DNA of 64,000 nucleotides from the NCBI GenBank assembly GCA_964016885.1, contig OZ024747.1:10416001-10480000 (forward strand), in the 5' to 3' direction. This DNA is from Eledone cirrhosa (taxonomy: Eukaryota). The notes beneath the pieces were generated by a model. That model had not been told where the DNA came from. It was given only the letters and a program-made list of their open reading frames with translations, and made no database searches. Below are positions 12,288 to 23,767 of the stretch, one piece after another. The position numbers were made by a program, and so were the translations under genes. Positions within the stretch are counted from its first letter, which is position 1; each line of letters begins with the position of its first letter.

Positions 12288-12659
12288 ATCCCAAGTATCA
12301 AGTACTCTGCTGGATAATGATCTGACAAGATCAAAAAATCCTGATCTCTCTCTCTCTCTCTATATATATATAATGTATTAGTGTGTAATGTTTAGTTACC
12401 GATGATTCATCAGTTTAAGCACTCAATGCTAATATTTTGGTCCGGCTACTGATGTGGGATTCCATGTTTAGTACTTCACCATTATCCGTATCCTTAAGAA
12501 GCAGAATCCACAAGTCTGATGAGATATTAATTCCAGAATCAGGCCAATCATACCTGGAGCTGATTGACTGTGAAACACATGTCACATGTGAATAAATATA
12601 TTGATATTATATTGATACTTCGTTCCTGCTCCTTATTATATATATATATATATATTTAA

Positions 12660-12956
12660 AGGTCCCCAGCAGTCACTAATGACCATGATTTTGCACCTAG
12701 AAAGTGTCCCTTTGAGGCACAAGTTTGGGCAAAGCTTGTTTGTGAAAGACCAGCAGTCGACCATGCAAACCAGTCTCCCCTCTCCACGCCACTAATGAGG
12801 TTGAAGGGAAAAGCAATGGCCGACACAGCTTGGCACCAGTGACGTCGCAACTCATTTGAGTGGACTGGAGCAACGTGAAATAAAGTGTCTTCCTCACGCA
12901 CCATCAGTTTGAGAATCAAACTCCCAATGCTCAGCCACTAAGCCATGCACCTTCAC
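12660..12956 (-). mobile_element. tRNA-derived SINE family B
   Basis: Reverse-strand homolog of 20581-20920. Confidence 0.75.
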
Positions 12957-13404
12957 ATATGTATAAATGTATATATAATATAATATATATATATATCTTT
13001 GTTTTGGAACCGTAACTCCTGGTGGGGTTGTAGAAGCACTGTAGTGGTCTACAGAATTTCTCAGGTAGGGAAAACTTGGCAGAGCCGATCCCCTCTCCAG
13101 GTATGAAGACAGCTGATATCTTCCAGAGAAGGAGAGAAAATGATAGTTAGAAAGTGGTACTTTTATAGAGGTACTTTTTTATCCTGGAATGAATGAAAGT
13201 CAAATTAGACCTCGATGAGATTTGAACTCAGAGTACTGAAAGAAATACCACAAGGCATTCCATCTGATGTTCTAATGACTCAGCTAATTCATTGCCTTAT
13301 TACACACACACACATACACATACATACATGTATATATGTGTATATGTATGTGTGTGTGCATATATATATATATATACAAACATAGGCCATCAATTTGGCA
13401 GAGT

Positions 13405-13806
13405 TGTCTCTCTCTCCCCTCCCTCACCTCTCCTCTCTCCCTCACCTCCTCTCCTCTCTTCTCCTCACCCCCTCACCTCTCACCTCCTCTCTCTCTCCTC
13501 ATCCTCTCCCCCTCACTCTCTCCTCATCCTCTCCCCCTCTCTATCTCTCTCCCCTCCTCTCCTCTCTCCCTCACCTCCTCTCCTCTCTCCCTCACCTCCT
13601 CTCCTCTCCTCTCTCCCTCCTCTCCTCTCCTCTCTCCCTCACCTCCTCTCCTCTCCTCTCTCCCTCACCTCCTCTCCTCTCCTCTCTCCCTCACCTCCTC
13701 TCCTCTCCTCTCTTCTCTCCCTCATCCTCTCCCCCTCCCCTCTCCCTCACCTCCTCATCCTCTCCCCCCTCACCTCCTCCTCTCTATCTCTCTCACCTCC
13801 TCTCTA
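13405..13806. repeat. CT-rich low-complexity polypyrimidine tract
   Basis: (ctctccctcacctcctct)-type units. Confidence 0.9.
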
Positions 13807-13841
13807 TGGCTCTCATTATAGAAGAAATCAGTTGTGTTTAG

Positions 13842-14402
13842 ACCAGGAGAGAAGAAGGACAGGCTTCAGCAGAGTATAAAGTGCTCAAGACACACATTAT
13901 GCCAAAAGATCTTCCCTACAACTCTTCCTCACATTACGAGATCCCGTCTGTCTCAACACCCTCCCCACAACTCCACGAGGAATTAGGGATCACACACCAT
14001 ATGTCAAAACAGCCTGACTACACCCCATCCAGGAATTACATGTTCCCGTCTGTTCCAATATTCTCCTCACAACTCAACGAGGATGTAGGGGTCACCCGCC
14101 ATTTCCCAGATCAGCCTCCCCACAACGCTTGCAGGCGTTACAGGATCCTGCGTGTCCCATCATCCTCTCTACAGCACTACAAGAAAGAAGGGATCCCACT
14201 GGTTATGTCAGAAGAGGTTTGCTACAATTCTACCGGTGAAGAAAGGTTCACATATGTCCCAATACTCTACGAAGAACCCCACAAGGAATTAAGAGTGAGA
14301 CACCATATGCCAGAACAGCCTACCTACAACTCTTCCACACATTACAAGCTCCCGTCTGTTCCACCATCCTCCTCCTCCTCCTCCTCCTCACAACAACATT
14401 AA
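13842..14402 (+). CDS. Unknown repeat ORF (5 x 34 aa) in SGCB intron 5; candidate alternative terminal exon or nested gene
   Basis: 186 open codons after tgtgtttag; five 102-nt units in register; ATTAAA overlaps the stop. Confidence 0.5.
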   Translation, partial: TRREEGQASAEYKVLKTHIMPKDLPYNSSSHYEIPSVSTPSPQLHEELGITHHMSKQPDYTPSRNYMFPSVPIFSSQLNEDVGVTRHFPDQPPHNACRRYRILRVPSSSLQHYKKEGIPLVMSEEVCYNSTGEERFTYVPILYEEPHKELRVRHHMPEQPTYNSSTHYKLPSVPPSSSSSSSSQQH

Positions 14403-14528
14403 AAGTTACAGATTCATACACAGTATGTCACGTCTTCCCTACAACTCCACACATGAACAACATTTAATTAGACAAATCATAAATGTCCATTTTCTTGTTA
14501 TTTTCTCTCCATTGTCTGAACAAAACAG

Positions 14529-14672
14529 ATGAAAAGTCGAACAAAATGGAATGACATTGTCCTAGAATCTTTCTCTAAACTTGTCGTAAAAGGAGATGAA
14601 AGTGTCAGCACGGAAGATTACATCGACAAAGTCTATATCCAAGCCAGCAAAGGGATCTCCCTGAATGCCAAG
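14529..14672 (+). CDS. SGCB: Beta-sarcoglycan exon 6
   Basis: aacag/GTAAAG, 144 nt phase 0-0; NDIVLESFSKLVVKGDESV resembles SDLNIKVDGRAIVRGNEGV. Confidence 0.85.
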
Positions 14673-15065
14673 GTAAAGTACTTTGTTATTGTCTTTAACC
14701 CTTTCTGTTTCATTGTCAACAGCCTGGGTGTGTGCACAGTTGATAGAATAGCTGTGTGAATGAGTTCTGGGTGTGTGCACAGTTGATAGAATAGCCATAT
14801 AACTGAGTCTTTTGTAATGAATGAGTACTGGGTGTGTTCTCAATATGTAGAAAAGGCATAGGCATAAACTCCATACAATGTACACAATGTAAATCTTGGA
14901 ATAACGAGTGGAATGACAGGAAGGGAAAACTTTGCTTGTAGAAGATGCACAGGAGAGATCAAGAGGAAGACTGCTAATGATATAAACCTTTTCCTGTCAC
15001 AGGAAGGATCCATAGATGTGGTTGATAGCTTTTGCAAGCATGGAAAAATGGACGCTAAATGATGA

Positions 15066-15100
<35 letters not shown>

Positions 15101-15226
15101 CCTTATATCTTATGATCTGCCATGTTTTTTTTATTTTATGCTTTGCAAAACTATGTACACACATGCATGCATACATACACACGTAACAAAACATTCTGTT
15201 TTGATTTTTTTTGTTGTTATTTCTAG

Positions 15227-15430
15227 AAAGGTAACCTGACATTTGATGCCAGTAATGGAGACATAATAATTAACAAGAAGACACTGCGTCCTATCAAAGT
15301 TGACAATAATGGAGTAAACTCAACAGGCGAGACGTTCATACTGTGTATCTGTACCCCAAGTGGCAAACTGTTTGCTATACCAAACACCTTAAATTGTCTT
15401 TCACCAAAGGATGCATGCAACGATGCATAG
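15227..15430 (+). CDS. SGCB: Beta-sarcoglycan exon 7 (terminal, C-terminal Cys cluster)
   Basis: T-rich tract ending ttctag; FILCICTPSGKLFAIPNTLNCLSPKDACNDA* shows the sarcoglycan LCxC..G.LF..C..C motif; TAG at 15428-15430. Confidence 0.92.
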   Translation, partial: KGNLTFDASNGDIIINKKTLRPIKVDNNGVNSTGETFILCICTPSGKLFAIPNTLNCLSPKDACNDA

Positions 15431-16340
15431 ATGTGTCGTGGTGTGTCAGACATTGAAACAAGTTCAGACAATGGAGGTTTTTGTAGGGGTGGGGTGGGGG
15501 GGTCGAATGACCTTTACTCCTCCCCTTACCATCAGTTGCCTCCCTTCCTTTGTTTTGTTTTGTTTTTTTGCAAATATTTGTTCACCGAATGTTTGTTTGA
15601 TTCACACAAAGTAATTTAATATTAAACAATTAATTGATGATAATTAAGCTATATATAATCAATGTGTGATTAGAGAGAGAGAGAGAGTTACTACTTCCTT
15701 AGGCTATGTGAAGTGTGTTTGGTTCTACCAACTACTCAAATTTCTATTTCCTTTCTAATTCAATTGTTTCTGTAAATGCAATGTCTATATTTACATTAAC
15801 CATGTGGTGTGTGTGTGGTGTATGTTAAATTTGAGGAGATCAGATGTGTCAGAGTTCAAAACAATAACGATATGAATAGAAATATGAGATTACAGTTGAA
15901 CAATAGTATTGTTTCTATAGAATCTAGTTACAGCCAGAGACCAAATAATGTCACAAGATAGAACTGTCCAAGCCATGGAATATAATGTACATGGTAGTTT
16001 GGAGTCTAATATTTCAATGGAATGTTGTATATTTATTATTTCTGGGCTTAAAAACATTTTTGTGAATCCTTTTTTCCTGATCGATCCACTTTGGAGGCAG
16101 GTCCTAAAGGGATAATTACTGGTATGGTGTCATCTTGTGTAAAGTCCTTCCTTTTCCTAAATTACAAATAGAAACTTCTAAAGAACATTAGCGAAACCAT
16201 AACTAATTATATAATTTCTCTAGGTGTATTTCCTTAATATTGGACATACCTTTTTCTCTAGTTCTTGGGTGTGTGTGTGATCTATACAATAGGTGTGAAA
16301 GTCTGTCTGTGATTAAATGTGATGAAGTTATCATGTATGA

Positions 16341-16346
16341 AATAAA
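16341..16346 (+). terminator. Candidate SGCB polyadenylation signal
   Basis: AATAAA about 0.9 kb after the SGCB stop; usage unverified. Confidence 0.35.
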
Positions 16347-17097
16347 CATTAAGACAGAAGCTACATAATCATATTTATTATACGTATTTCTGTGACACCG
16401 GAGCTGTTATACAATCGTTACATGTTAGCATTAACCCACAACATATCAAGCCACTCATATAATTATGTTAACATCTGATAACATTACATTGATGATGGTT
16501 ACTGTTGCAATGATTGCAAACAGCTTCATGCTGGGACCACAGACATATGTATAATATATATATATATACACACACACATACATATATATACACACACATA
16601 TACATACATACATATATATATACACACACATACTCAGGCATGTTATTTGTAGTGATATTATCGGTTCCTAACCATACACAAGTGCCTTAAAACAGCGATA
16701 TTACTAGTTACTAACCCCCAGGATGTGTTGCTAGTCACTCATTCAACCCTATCAGCAATAACAGTAAACATTGCCTGTTAATATTATATGTATATATATT
16801 CAAATTTATGACCAACAACTTGGTTGCTAATCCTTTCATAAGAAGTGTGTTGACAATAACATTATGTTGCTAACTAGAAAAGTTTGTTTCTCATTAAATT
16901 TATTATTGAAATTACTTGTTATCTTTCATTCATAATTACTTTTGCTGTTTAACAATCTTTTCTCACCACCTTGTCCAGGATTTATTCTATTTCTTTTCTG
17001 GCTGAATTTAGGTCAGATTCATCATCGTTTTATATATAAACAGAACACCAGCATCAACAGTTTTCCAAGAGATGGCAACATGAATGGGCATACATAC

Positions 17098-17130
<33 letters not shown>

Positions 17131-17772
17131 CAAATACAATCATCATCACGATCATCATCGTTTATCTTCCACGCTAGCATGGGTTAGATGGGAGTTGTCC
17201 CACTTGAGGCAAGATTGGTCAGGTGATCGTGTCTTGCTCATATAGGACTATCTGGCAGGTTTTCTACGGCTGGATGCCCTTCCTAACACCAACCACATTT
17301 ACAGTGTGTGCTGGGAACGTTTTACCGTGTTACCTACACGGTCACATATAGACAGACAGACAATGAAATACAAAATAAAAAGAGAACTTTCTTTTTTCTT
17401 TAATTTTATTTTAATTTTTGAATTTGTTGTTGTTGTTGCAGTAGTTGTAATTGTTATCTGTTACAGTTTATAGTAGTAGTAGTAGTAGTTCATACTACTG
17501 CTGTAGTAGTAGTAGTAGTTATAGTTGTTGTTATTGTAATTGTTTATTTGAAAGCATGTGTTCATTTCTGCTAAAATATGTGACACTGTGTTTGTGAGAC
17601 ATTATATATATGTATATACATATATATATGTATATACATACATATATATATGTGTGTGTGTATGTATACATGTGTGTGTGTGTGTGGGAGGACAAGGAAG
17701 AGTTGGAGGGGTGGTGGTGGAGGTGGAGGAGGTGGTGGAAGAGATGGAGAGTCAATGAAACGGATGCTTGAA

Positions 17773-18002
17773 TCAATTCATCCATGGAATTAATCGAGTT
17801 GGTCGAGGATCACTTAGTGGCATTGCTTGTAGGACTTGGTCGAGTAACTGTAGAGGTCGGTGGAGCTGCACTTCAATCCAGCATGGCGTCTCCTTGATGC
17901 TGGCACGTGGGTAGTCAGGGCCCCAGCCTTTCACAAAACTTAATCGCAGGATGCACAGGCGACGTAGATCATCAACCCCTATCCCAGCCACAGCAGACAA
18001 AC
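17773..18002 (-). CDS. SMAD4: SMAD4 last exon (MH2 C-terminus)
   Basis: [57 protein letters not shown], near-identical to SMAD4/Medea; no C-terminal SSxS, so a Co-Smad; tttcag acceptor. Confidence 0.97.
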
Positions 18003-18019
18003 CTGAAACATTAACAATA

Positions 18020-18237
18020 GTTTCTGATTTAGGCACAAGGCCAACAATTTGAGGGGAGGGGAGAGTCAAATTAAATTAAATCGACCCCAGTGTATTACTG
18101 GTATTTTATTTTATTAATCAGTAAGGATGAAATGTAAAGCTAACCTTGGTGGGATTTGAACTCAGACCGTAAAGGGCCATAACTCTATGCTGCAAAGCAT
18201 GTTGTCCAACACTACTGATACTGCCAATCCACCGCCC
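18020..18237 (-). mobile_element. SINE family A about 20 nt from the SMAD4 last-exon acceptor; another copy at 18581-18765
   Basis: Family consensus match. Confidence 0.75.
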
Positions 18238-19705
18238 ATACATAATAATAACAATAATATGAATGGACTAGTAACTCCTGATGGAATCATAGGGGGCGCT
18301 GTAGTGACATATGACATGTCTTAGGCTCTGTCAGATTTAAAAAACTATCTCCACTCCATGTCTGAACACAACTGATTTCTACCAGAGAAAGGGTGATAGG
18401 AAGTGAGAAAGAGATTCTAGAGGAAGAATTGACCCCAGTAGTGAACTGGTATATTTTTTATTGGCCTAAGTTGATCTCAAAGCACAGAAGCTTGAATCAA
18501 TACCGCAAAGCATCCTATCTGATGTTCTAACAACTCGGCCAATTTGCTGCCTAGTGACGATGATGATGATGATAATAATAATTGTTTCTACTTTTTGGCA
18601 CAAGGTCAGGAATTATTCCAGTGTATTACTGGTACTTTATTTTATCGACCCTGTAAGGATGAAAGGCAAAGTTAACCACGGCGGGATTTGAACTCAAACC
18701 ATAAAGGGCCGTAACTATATGTTACAAAGCATGGTGTCTGACCCTCTACCAATACTGTCAATCCAACGTGATGATGATAATGGATTCTGATTTAGGCTCG
18801 AGGTTTAACCCTGTGATGGTCTGGCGGCCTGTCCAGGGGGAGGTCTTATACTCTCAGTCTCCTAGTGCCACAGAAACCAGGATAAGTACCAGCCTGATGA
18901 ACCTTTGGACTTGAGACAAACATTAAACTTCTTGTGACATCTCACATGTATAAGAAACGAATCTACTTATGAATCATCATCATCATCATCATTTCATTTT
19001 ACGTCCGCTTTTTCCTGCTTGCAAGGGTGGGACGGGAACTGATTCTGGCTTGATTTCTACAGCTGGATGCCCTTCCTAACACCAACTTCATTTACAGTGA
19101 GTGCTGGGTGCTTTTTTGCCGTGGCACCTACACGACCACTTTGCAGTGGAATGATAGGGACCCCAGTCCCTATCATCTCATTTCTACAGCTGAGTAAACT
19201 GGAGCAATGTGAAATAAAGTGTCTTGCTCAAGGAAACAATACATCACCCAGTCTGAGAATTGAACTCACAACCTTTCGATTGCAAGGCCAATGCTCTAAC
19301 CACTAAGCCATGTGCCTCCATATCTAAACTAATATTTATAGTCTCTACCTTCAACTTGTCACAAGTTTTACAACATCACATCAACTGGGACATTAGTTCA
19401 AACTTTCGTTTGATTGACAATTAATCAATGTAAAAAACTTGCCAATGTGTCTGTGTGGGGAAGCGGGCTAACAAAGTCCATTATACCCATTCAATGAGTT
19501 ATTTGGTTTGTTGATTATTCAACTAAGTTAATTTACAACAGATTAGAAGCACTGAACAGTATTTTCCGGAGTATCATTATCAATAATATTAATAAATGGA
19601 AAATATCTTTATAAAACCATATTTATTTATACGTATAATAAAATAAATATGGTTTTATAAAGATATTTTCCATTTATTAATATTATTGATATATATATAT
19701 CTTAC

Positions 19706-19729
19706 ATAGATGAGCCAGTGAGGGGGCTT
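19706..19729 (-). CDS. SMAD4: Candidate 24-nt SMAD4 microexon (EAPSLAHL)
   Basis: tgtatag acceptor, GTAAGA donor, phase 1-1, open; 62-nt upstream intron. Confidence 0.45.
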
Positions 19730-19791
19730 CTATACAGGTAGACTCAATGTCCTGTGAAACAGTGAAGTGTGTGTATGCAGTTGTTACTTAC

Positions 19792-19930
19792 CTACAGCAG
19801 GAGCAATACCACCAACAGAAGCAGGTCCTGGCACATTACCTGCAACTGCAGCTGCTTGAGCTGCTGCTGCAGCCTGGGCAGTGGCTGCCTGTTGTTGCAT
19901 TTGACAATGACACTGTCGGATATCAAATAC
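19792..19930 (-). CDS. SMAD4: SMAD4 MH2 exon (Ala/Gln-rich insert)
   Basis: [46 protein letters not shown]; 139 nt; tttacag/GTAAGT. Confidence 0.97.
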
Positions 19931-20024
19931 CTGTAAATAGAAAATAGAGACTCAGGTCACTAACTGTGTGTGTGTATGTGTTTATCTATGGCAAGAGAGA
20001 TATGATATAATAGCTTGCATGAGA

Positions 20025-20232
20025 TATGGTCCAATACATCTGGTGTGATACAGCTCAACACATCTGGTGTGGCACAGCTCAATACATCTGGTGTGATACA
20101 GCTCAATACATCTGGTGTGATATGGTCCAATACATCTGGTGTGATACAGTCCAATACATCTGGTGTGATACAGCTCAACACATCTGGTGTGATACAGTCC
20201 AATACATCTGGTGTGATATGGTCCAATACATC
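20025..20232. repeat. 24-bp minisatellite
   Basis: Unit gatacagctcaatacatctggtgt, about 8.5 copies. Confidence 0.9.
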
Positions 20233-20339
20233 ACACAGGATACAACATGGTACACCACATTATGTTTAACATATTGTATTACAGGGAAGACAGAACACAG
20301 TGTAGTAAGATATAATGAGGTAAGAGAGAGAGTACTTAC

Positions 20340-20508
20340 TTTGATATACGCTACGGGATATATCTTGTGGACAGCATCACCAGGAGCGCGACCAGCCTCC
20401 CTGTCGAGGTAATATGATTGCACAAACACACTATGATCACTCAGACACTTAATCCAGACGTCACCTTCACCCCGACAATCCAGTTGTACACCCTTCCCTA
20501 TATGTAAC
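20340..20508 (-). CDS. SMAD4: SMAD4 MH2 exon
   Basis: [56 protein letters not shown]; 169 nt; gacag/GTAAGT. Confidence 0.97.
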
Positions 20509-20580
20509 CTGTCAATAGAAACAGAGAGAGATATGTTAATGTTACAGATAAAGAGTCACAGTTACCTATATGTAACCTGT

Positions 20581-20920
20581 GAAGGTGCATGGCTTAGTTG
20601 TGAGAGTGTTGGGCTTGCAATTGAGAGGTTGTGAGTTCAATTCCTGGACTAGGCAGTGTGTGTGTTCTTGAGCAAGACACTTTATTTCAGGTTGTTCCAG
20701 TTTACTCAGCTGTAGAAATGAGTTGCAACATCACTGGTGCCAAGCTGTATCAGCCATTGCCTTTTCTTTGGACAACATTGGTCCCATGGAGAGAGGGGAA
20801 GCTGGTATGTATGAGTGACTGCTTGTCTTCTACAACCTTACCCAGACCTGCACTTCAGAGGGGAACTATCTAGGTACAAATCCCATGGCCATTTGTGACC
20901 AAAGAGGAGGGTTTTTTTTA
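20581..20920 (+). mobile_element. tRNA-derived SINE family B; related heads at 19176-19321 (-) and 21530-21810 (+, with a V-domain-like cctgtgatggactgg body also seen at about 18810)
   Basis: A box tggcttagttg, B box gagttcaattcc, then ttcttgagcaagacactttatttc. Confidence 0.75.
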
Positions 20921-21236
20921 CCCGTAACCATTTTGGTACATAGCTGACCATAAATATTTTTCCAAAACAATATTTTTTATTTAAATCTAAAAACTTTAAA
21001 ACAAGAGATTTGTCATCCTAGAATTGGAGCAGTTTGGGGCTGGATTCATATCTTTATTTCATTGTATTCCTTGAAATTCTTCATTTTTTTCAAAATTAAT
21101 TAAAACATAAAGACTGTGTGTTTCATTAGAAATATGGTAATGAAAGTGTTAAACAAAATATTAATTTAAACATGTAGACTGTGTTTAATTAGAAATATGG
21201 GAAATGATAAAGGCACTTCTTTACATTTTTACTTAC

Positions 21237-21420
21237 CGAGCACGTTCTGAAGCTTCAGTCCGATGTACATTGGACAACTGACCGAGGCAAAAGCGGTCAA
21301 TACTTGATGGATCAGTGTAGCCATCTACTTTAACACTTGGACATCCTGAAGGAACTTTAAAGGTTTCACCAACTTGTTGGTCCAATTCAAAGTAGGTTAT
21401 GGTACACCAAAATTCTGGAG
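21237..21420 (-). CDS. SMAD4: SMAD4 first MH2 exon
   Basis: [61 protein letters not shown]; 184 nt; gacag/GTAAGT. Confidence 0.97.
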
Positions 21421-21874
21421 CTGTCGTTTGATGGAGAACGAAAAGAATTTATCAGATTAATTAGAAAAAACTGAATATAAAGACTGGTTGTTGACTGTGT
21501 TTTATTATGTTCTTTGTTTTTAAAATATGGGAGGCATGTGGCCTAGTGGTAAGGGTGTTGGTCTTATGATCATCATGTTGTAGGTTCAATTCCTAGACTG
21601 GATTGTGTGTTGTGTTCTTGAGCAAAACACTTCATTCCACATAGCTCCAGTATACTCAGCTGAGAATGAGTACCAGCTATAGCTGGGGGTTTAATCCTGT
21701 GATGGACTGGAGTCCAGTCTAAGGGAGAGTCTTGTACTTTCAGTCGCCATGGAAACCGGGATAAGCACCAGCCTGGTGAGCTTCCGGGCTTGAGAGAGAC
21801 TTTAGACTTTTAAAATAGGAAGTGACGTCTAAATTAGTATTCTTCACCTCAAACTAACTTACTCTGCTCCTCTG

Positions 21875-22052
21875 GGTGCTGGCCGACAGGATGGAGAATA
21901 CATTGCCCCGGAAGATGGCAAGGATGACATGCTAGAACACCTTGTGGGGCTCACACCTGCAGGCAGCCAACTCCACTCTGATAGCAGTGAGTAGGGATGT
22001 AGTCCAGGGCCCAAAACACCGGAAGTCTCCACTGCTACAGGCTCTACCACAA
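21875..22052 (-). mobile_element. Decayed CRE-like endonuclease C-terminal fragment in a SMAD4 intron
   Basis: EPVAVETSGVLGP and, after a frameshift, LAIFRGNVFSIL. Confidence 0.6.
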
Positions 22053-22729
22053 ACCTATCCCAGCCCAGTACTGGGGTTGATTCTTTCTCTATAACCCTTT
22101 CTCACTTCCTCTCTCTCTCTCCTTCTCTGGAAGAAATCAGCTGAGTTCAACCTGGAGTGGGATAGGCTCCACCAATATTAAAATACCAAAGAAATGCCAT
22201 ATGTCACTATGGTGCCACCCTTATGACTCCACCATATGTTACAGGATGATGAGTAGGATGATGATGAAGATGAAGATGATGATGATGGTGATGAGGGTGA
22301 TATGATGATGAAGATGGTGGTATGATGATTATGCTGATGGTGGTATAGTGATGGTGATGATGATGACAATTCAACAGCTGGCTCATTAATCATTTTACGG
22401 CCACTATCCAATTGTCAATGTACTCGTTTGTTTCATTAACAATAATCTCTTTAATGAAACAGATTAACTTCTAATGTCAGTTATGTGAGATTAACTTAGT
22501 TTAAAGGTAAACCTTTGTAAGCTACGTTACAGTCAAGTACATTTGTTTGTATATACAATACCATTTCACTAAGGGGTTGTATATTCCTGTAAATATACAT
22601 ATTACTGACATATTACTGAATGATTCACTCTTAACTCTTTCCTGAGCATATTTCTAACAATAATATACTACCTTTCTATTTTAATTATCAAAATAATCAC
22701 CCATATGTGTGTGCATGTGTCTATGTTAG

Positions 22730-22781
<52 letters not shown>

Positions 22782-22789
22782 ATGCATAT

Positions 22790-23077
22790 GTGTGTGTTAG
22801 AACTATATATATTGCTAATGGTACATATGTCTCTCTATTGTTAATAGTACATATGTGTGTCCCTCTCGCTCTATATGTGTGTGTGTTAGGACTATATATA
22901 TTGCTAATGGTACATATGTCTCTCTATTGTTAATAGTACATATGTGTGTCCCTCTCGCTCTATATATGTGTGTGTTAGAACTATATATATTGCTAATGGT
23001 ACATATGTCTCTCTATTGTTAATAGTACATATGTGTGTCCCTCTCGCTCTATATGTGTGTGTGTTAGGACTATATAT
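22790..23077. repeat. About 90-bp tandem repeat, 3 copies
   Basis: gttagaactatatatattgctaatggtacatatgtctctctattg.. repeated. Confidence 0.85.
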
Positions 23078-23394
23078 TGGTAATGTAATGTAAGTAATAT
23101 TTTAATGTTTTACTTGATTCAATGTTATTTATTTACAAGATATAAAATGTTGTATCCATAACATATTTTTTATATAACTGTCCTCTGTTTTGGGGTATTT
23201 TTGTGCCAAATTTACAGATTTATTGTGATTTTTCCATGGTAGTGATTTTGGTGTGTTTTATGGCTAGATGACCTTTTTAACCCCAACCATTTTACAATTC
23301 ATCTATTTACGTGTGTGTGTGTGTATGTGAGAGATAGAAAGAGAGCGAGGGTAGGAATGTAACTATGTGATTAAGCTCAATCCATGTTGAAAGC

Positions 23395-23438
<44 letters not shown>

Positions 23439-23463
23439 AATGAAAAAAATATATTCAACTTAC

Positions 23464-23502
23464 GTGGTTGGTTTGTCAGGGGAGGTAACTGATTGCTATT
23501 CC
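23464..23502 (-). CDS. SMAD4: SMAD4 linker/SAD exon (39 nt, WNSNQLPPLTNQP)
   Basis: ttttaaccag/GTAAGT, phase 1-1; PPLTNQPPPEFW resembles human PPISNHPAPEYW. Confidence 0.9.
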
Positions 23503-23712
23503 CTGGTTAAAATAAGAGACAACCACATTGATGTCATTTCAAACATGGTCAACATTGTTTACAGATATAATAATATTAGGAGGTGGAGGTGGTGGTGGTA
23601 ATGGAGTGGTAGTGGTGGTGGTCAGTAATGGAGGTATTGAAATAATTATAGCAAAGATAACATTATCAGACTATTATTTAATGGAAGAACATAAGAGAGA
23701 GAAATGGGTGAA

Positions 23713-23767
<55 letters not shown>

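Noticed and set aside
13292-13879. Pro/Ser/Leu-rich ORFs
   Set aside because: CT-rich tract open in all three frames.
13891-14400. The +1 frame of the 102-nt repeat as the true coding frame (it would put the variable base at the wobble position)
   Set aside because: It has TAG, TAG, TAA and TGA stops; it would need recoding of each, for which the sequence gives no evidence.
18003-18069. N-terminal part of ORF 17773-18069
   Set aside because: Intron and SINE sequence upstream of the true acceptor.
19960-20269. 8-aa repeat ORFs (ITPDVLSC)
   Set aside because: 24-bp intronic minisatellite.
20581-20660. tRNA genes
   Set aside because: A/B-box segments are SINE heads continuing into SINE bodies; no intact cloverleaf seen.
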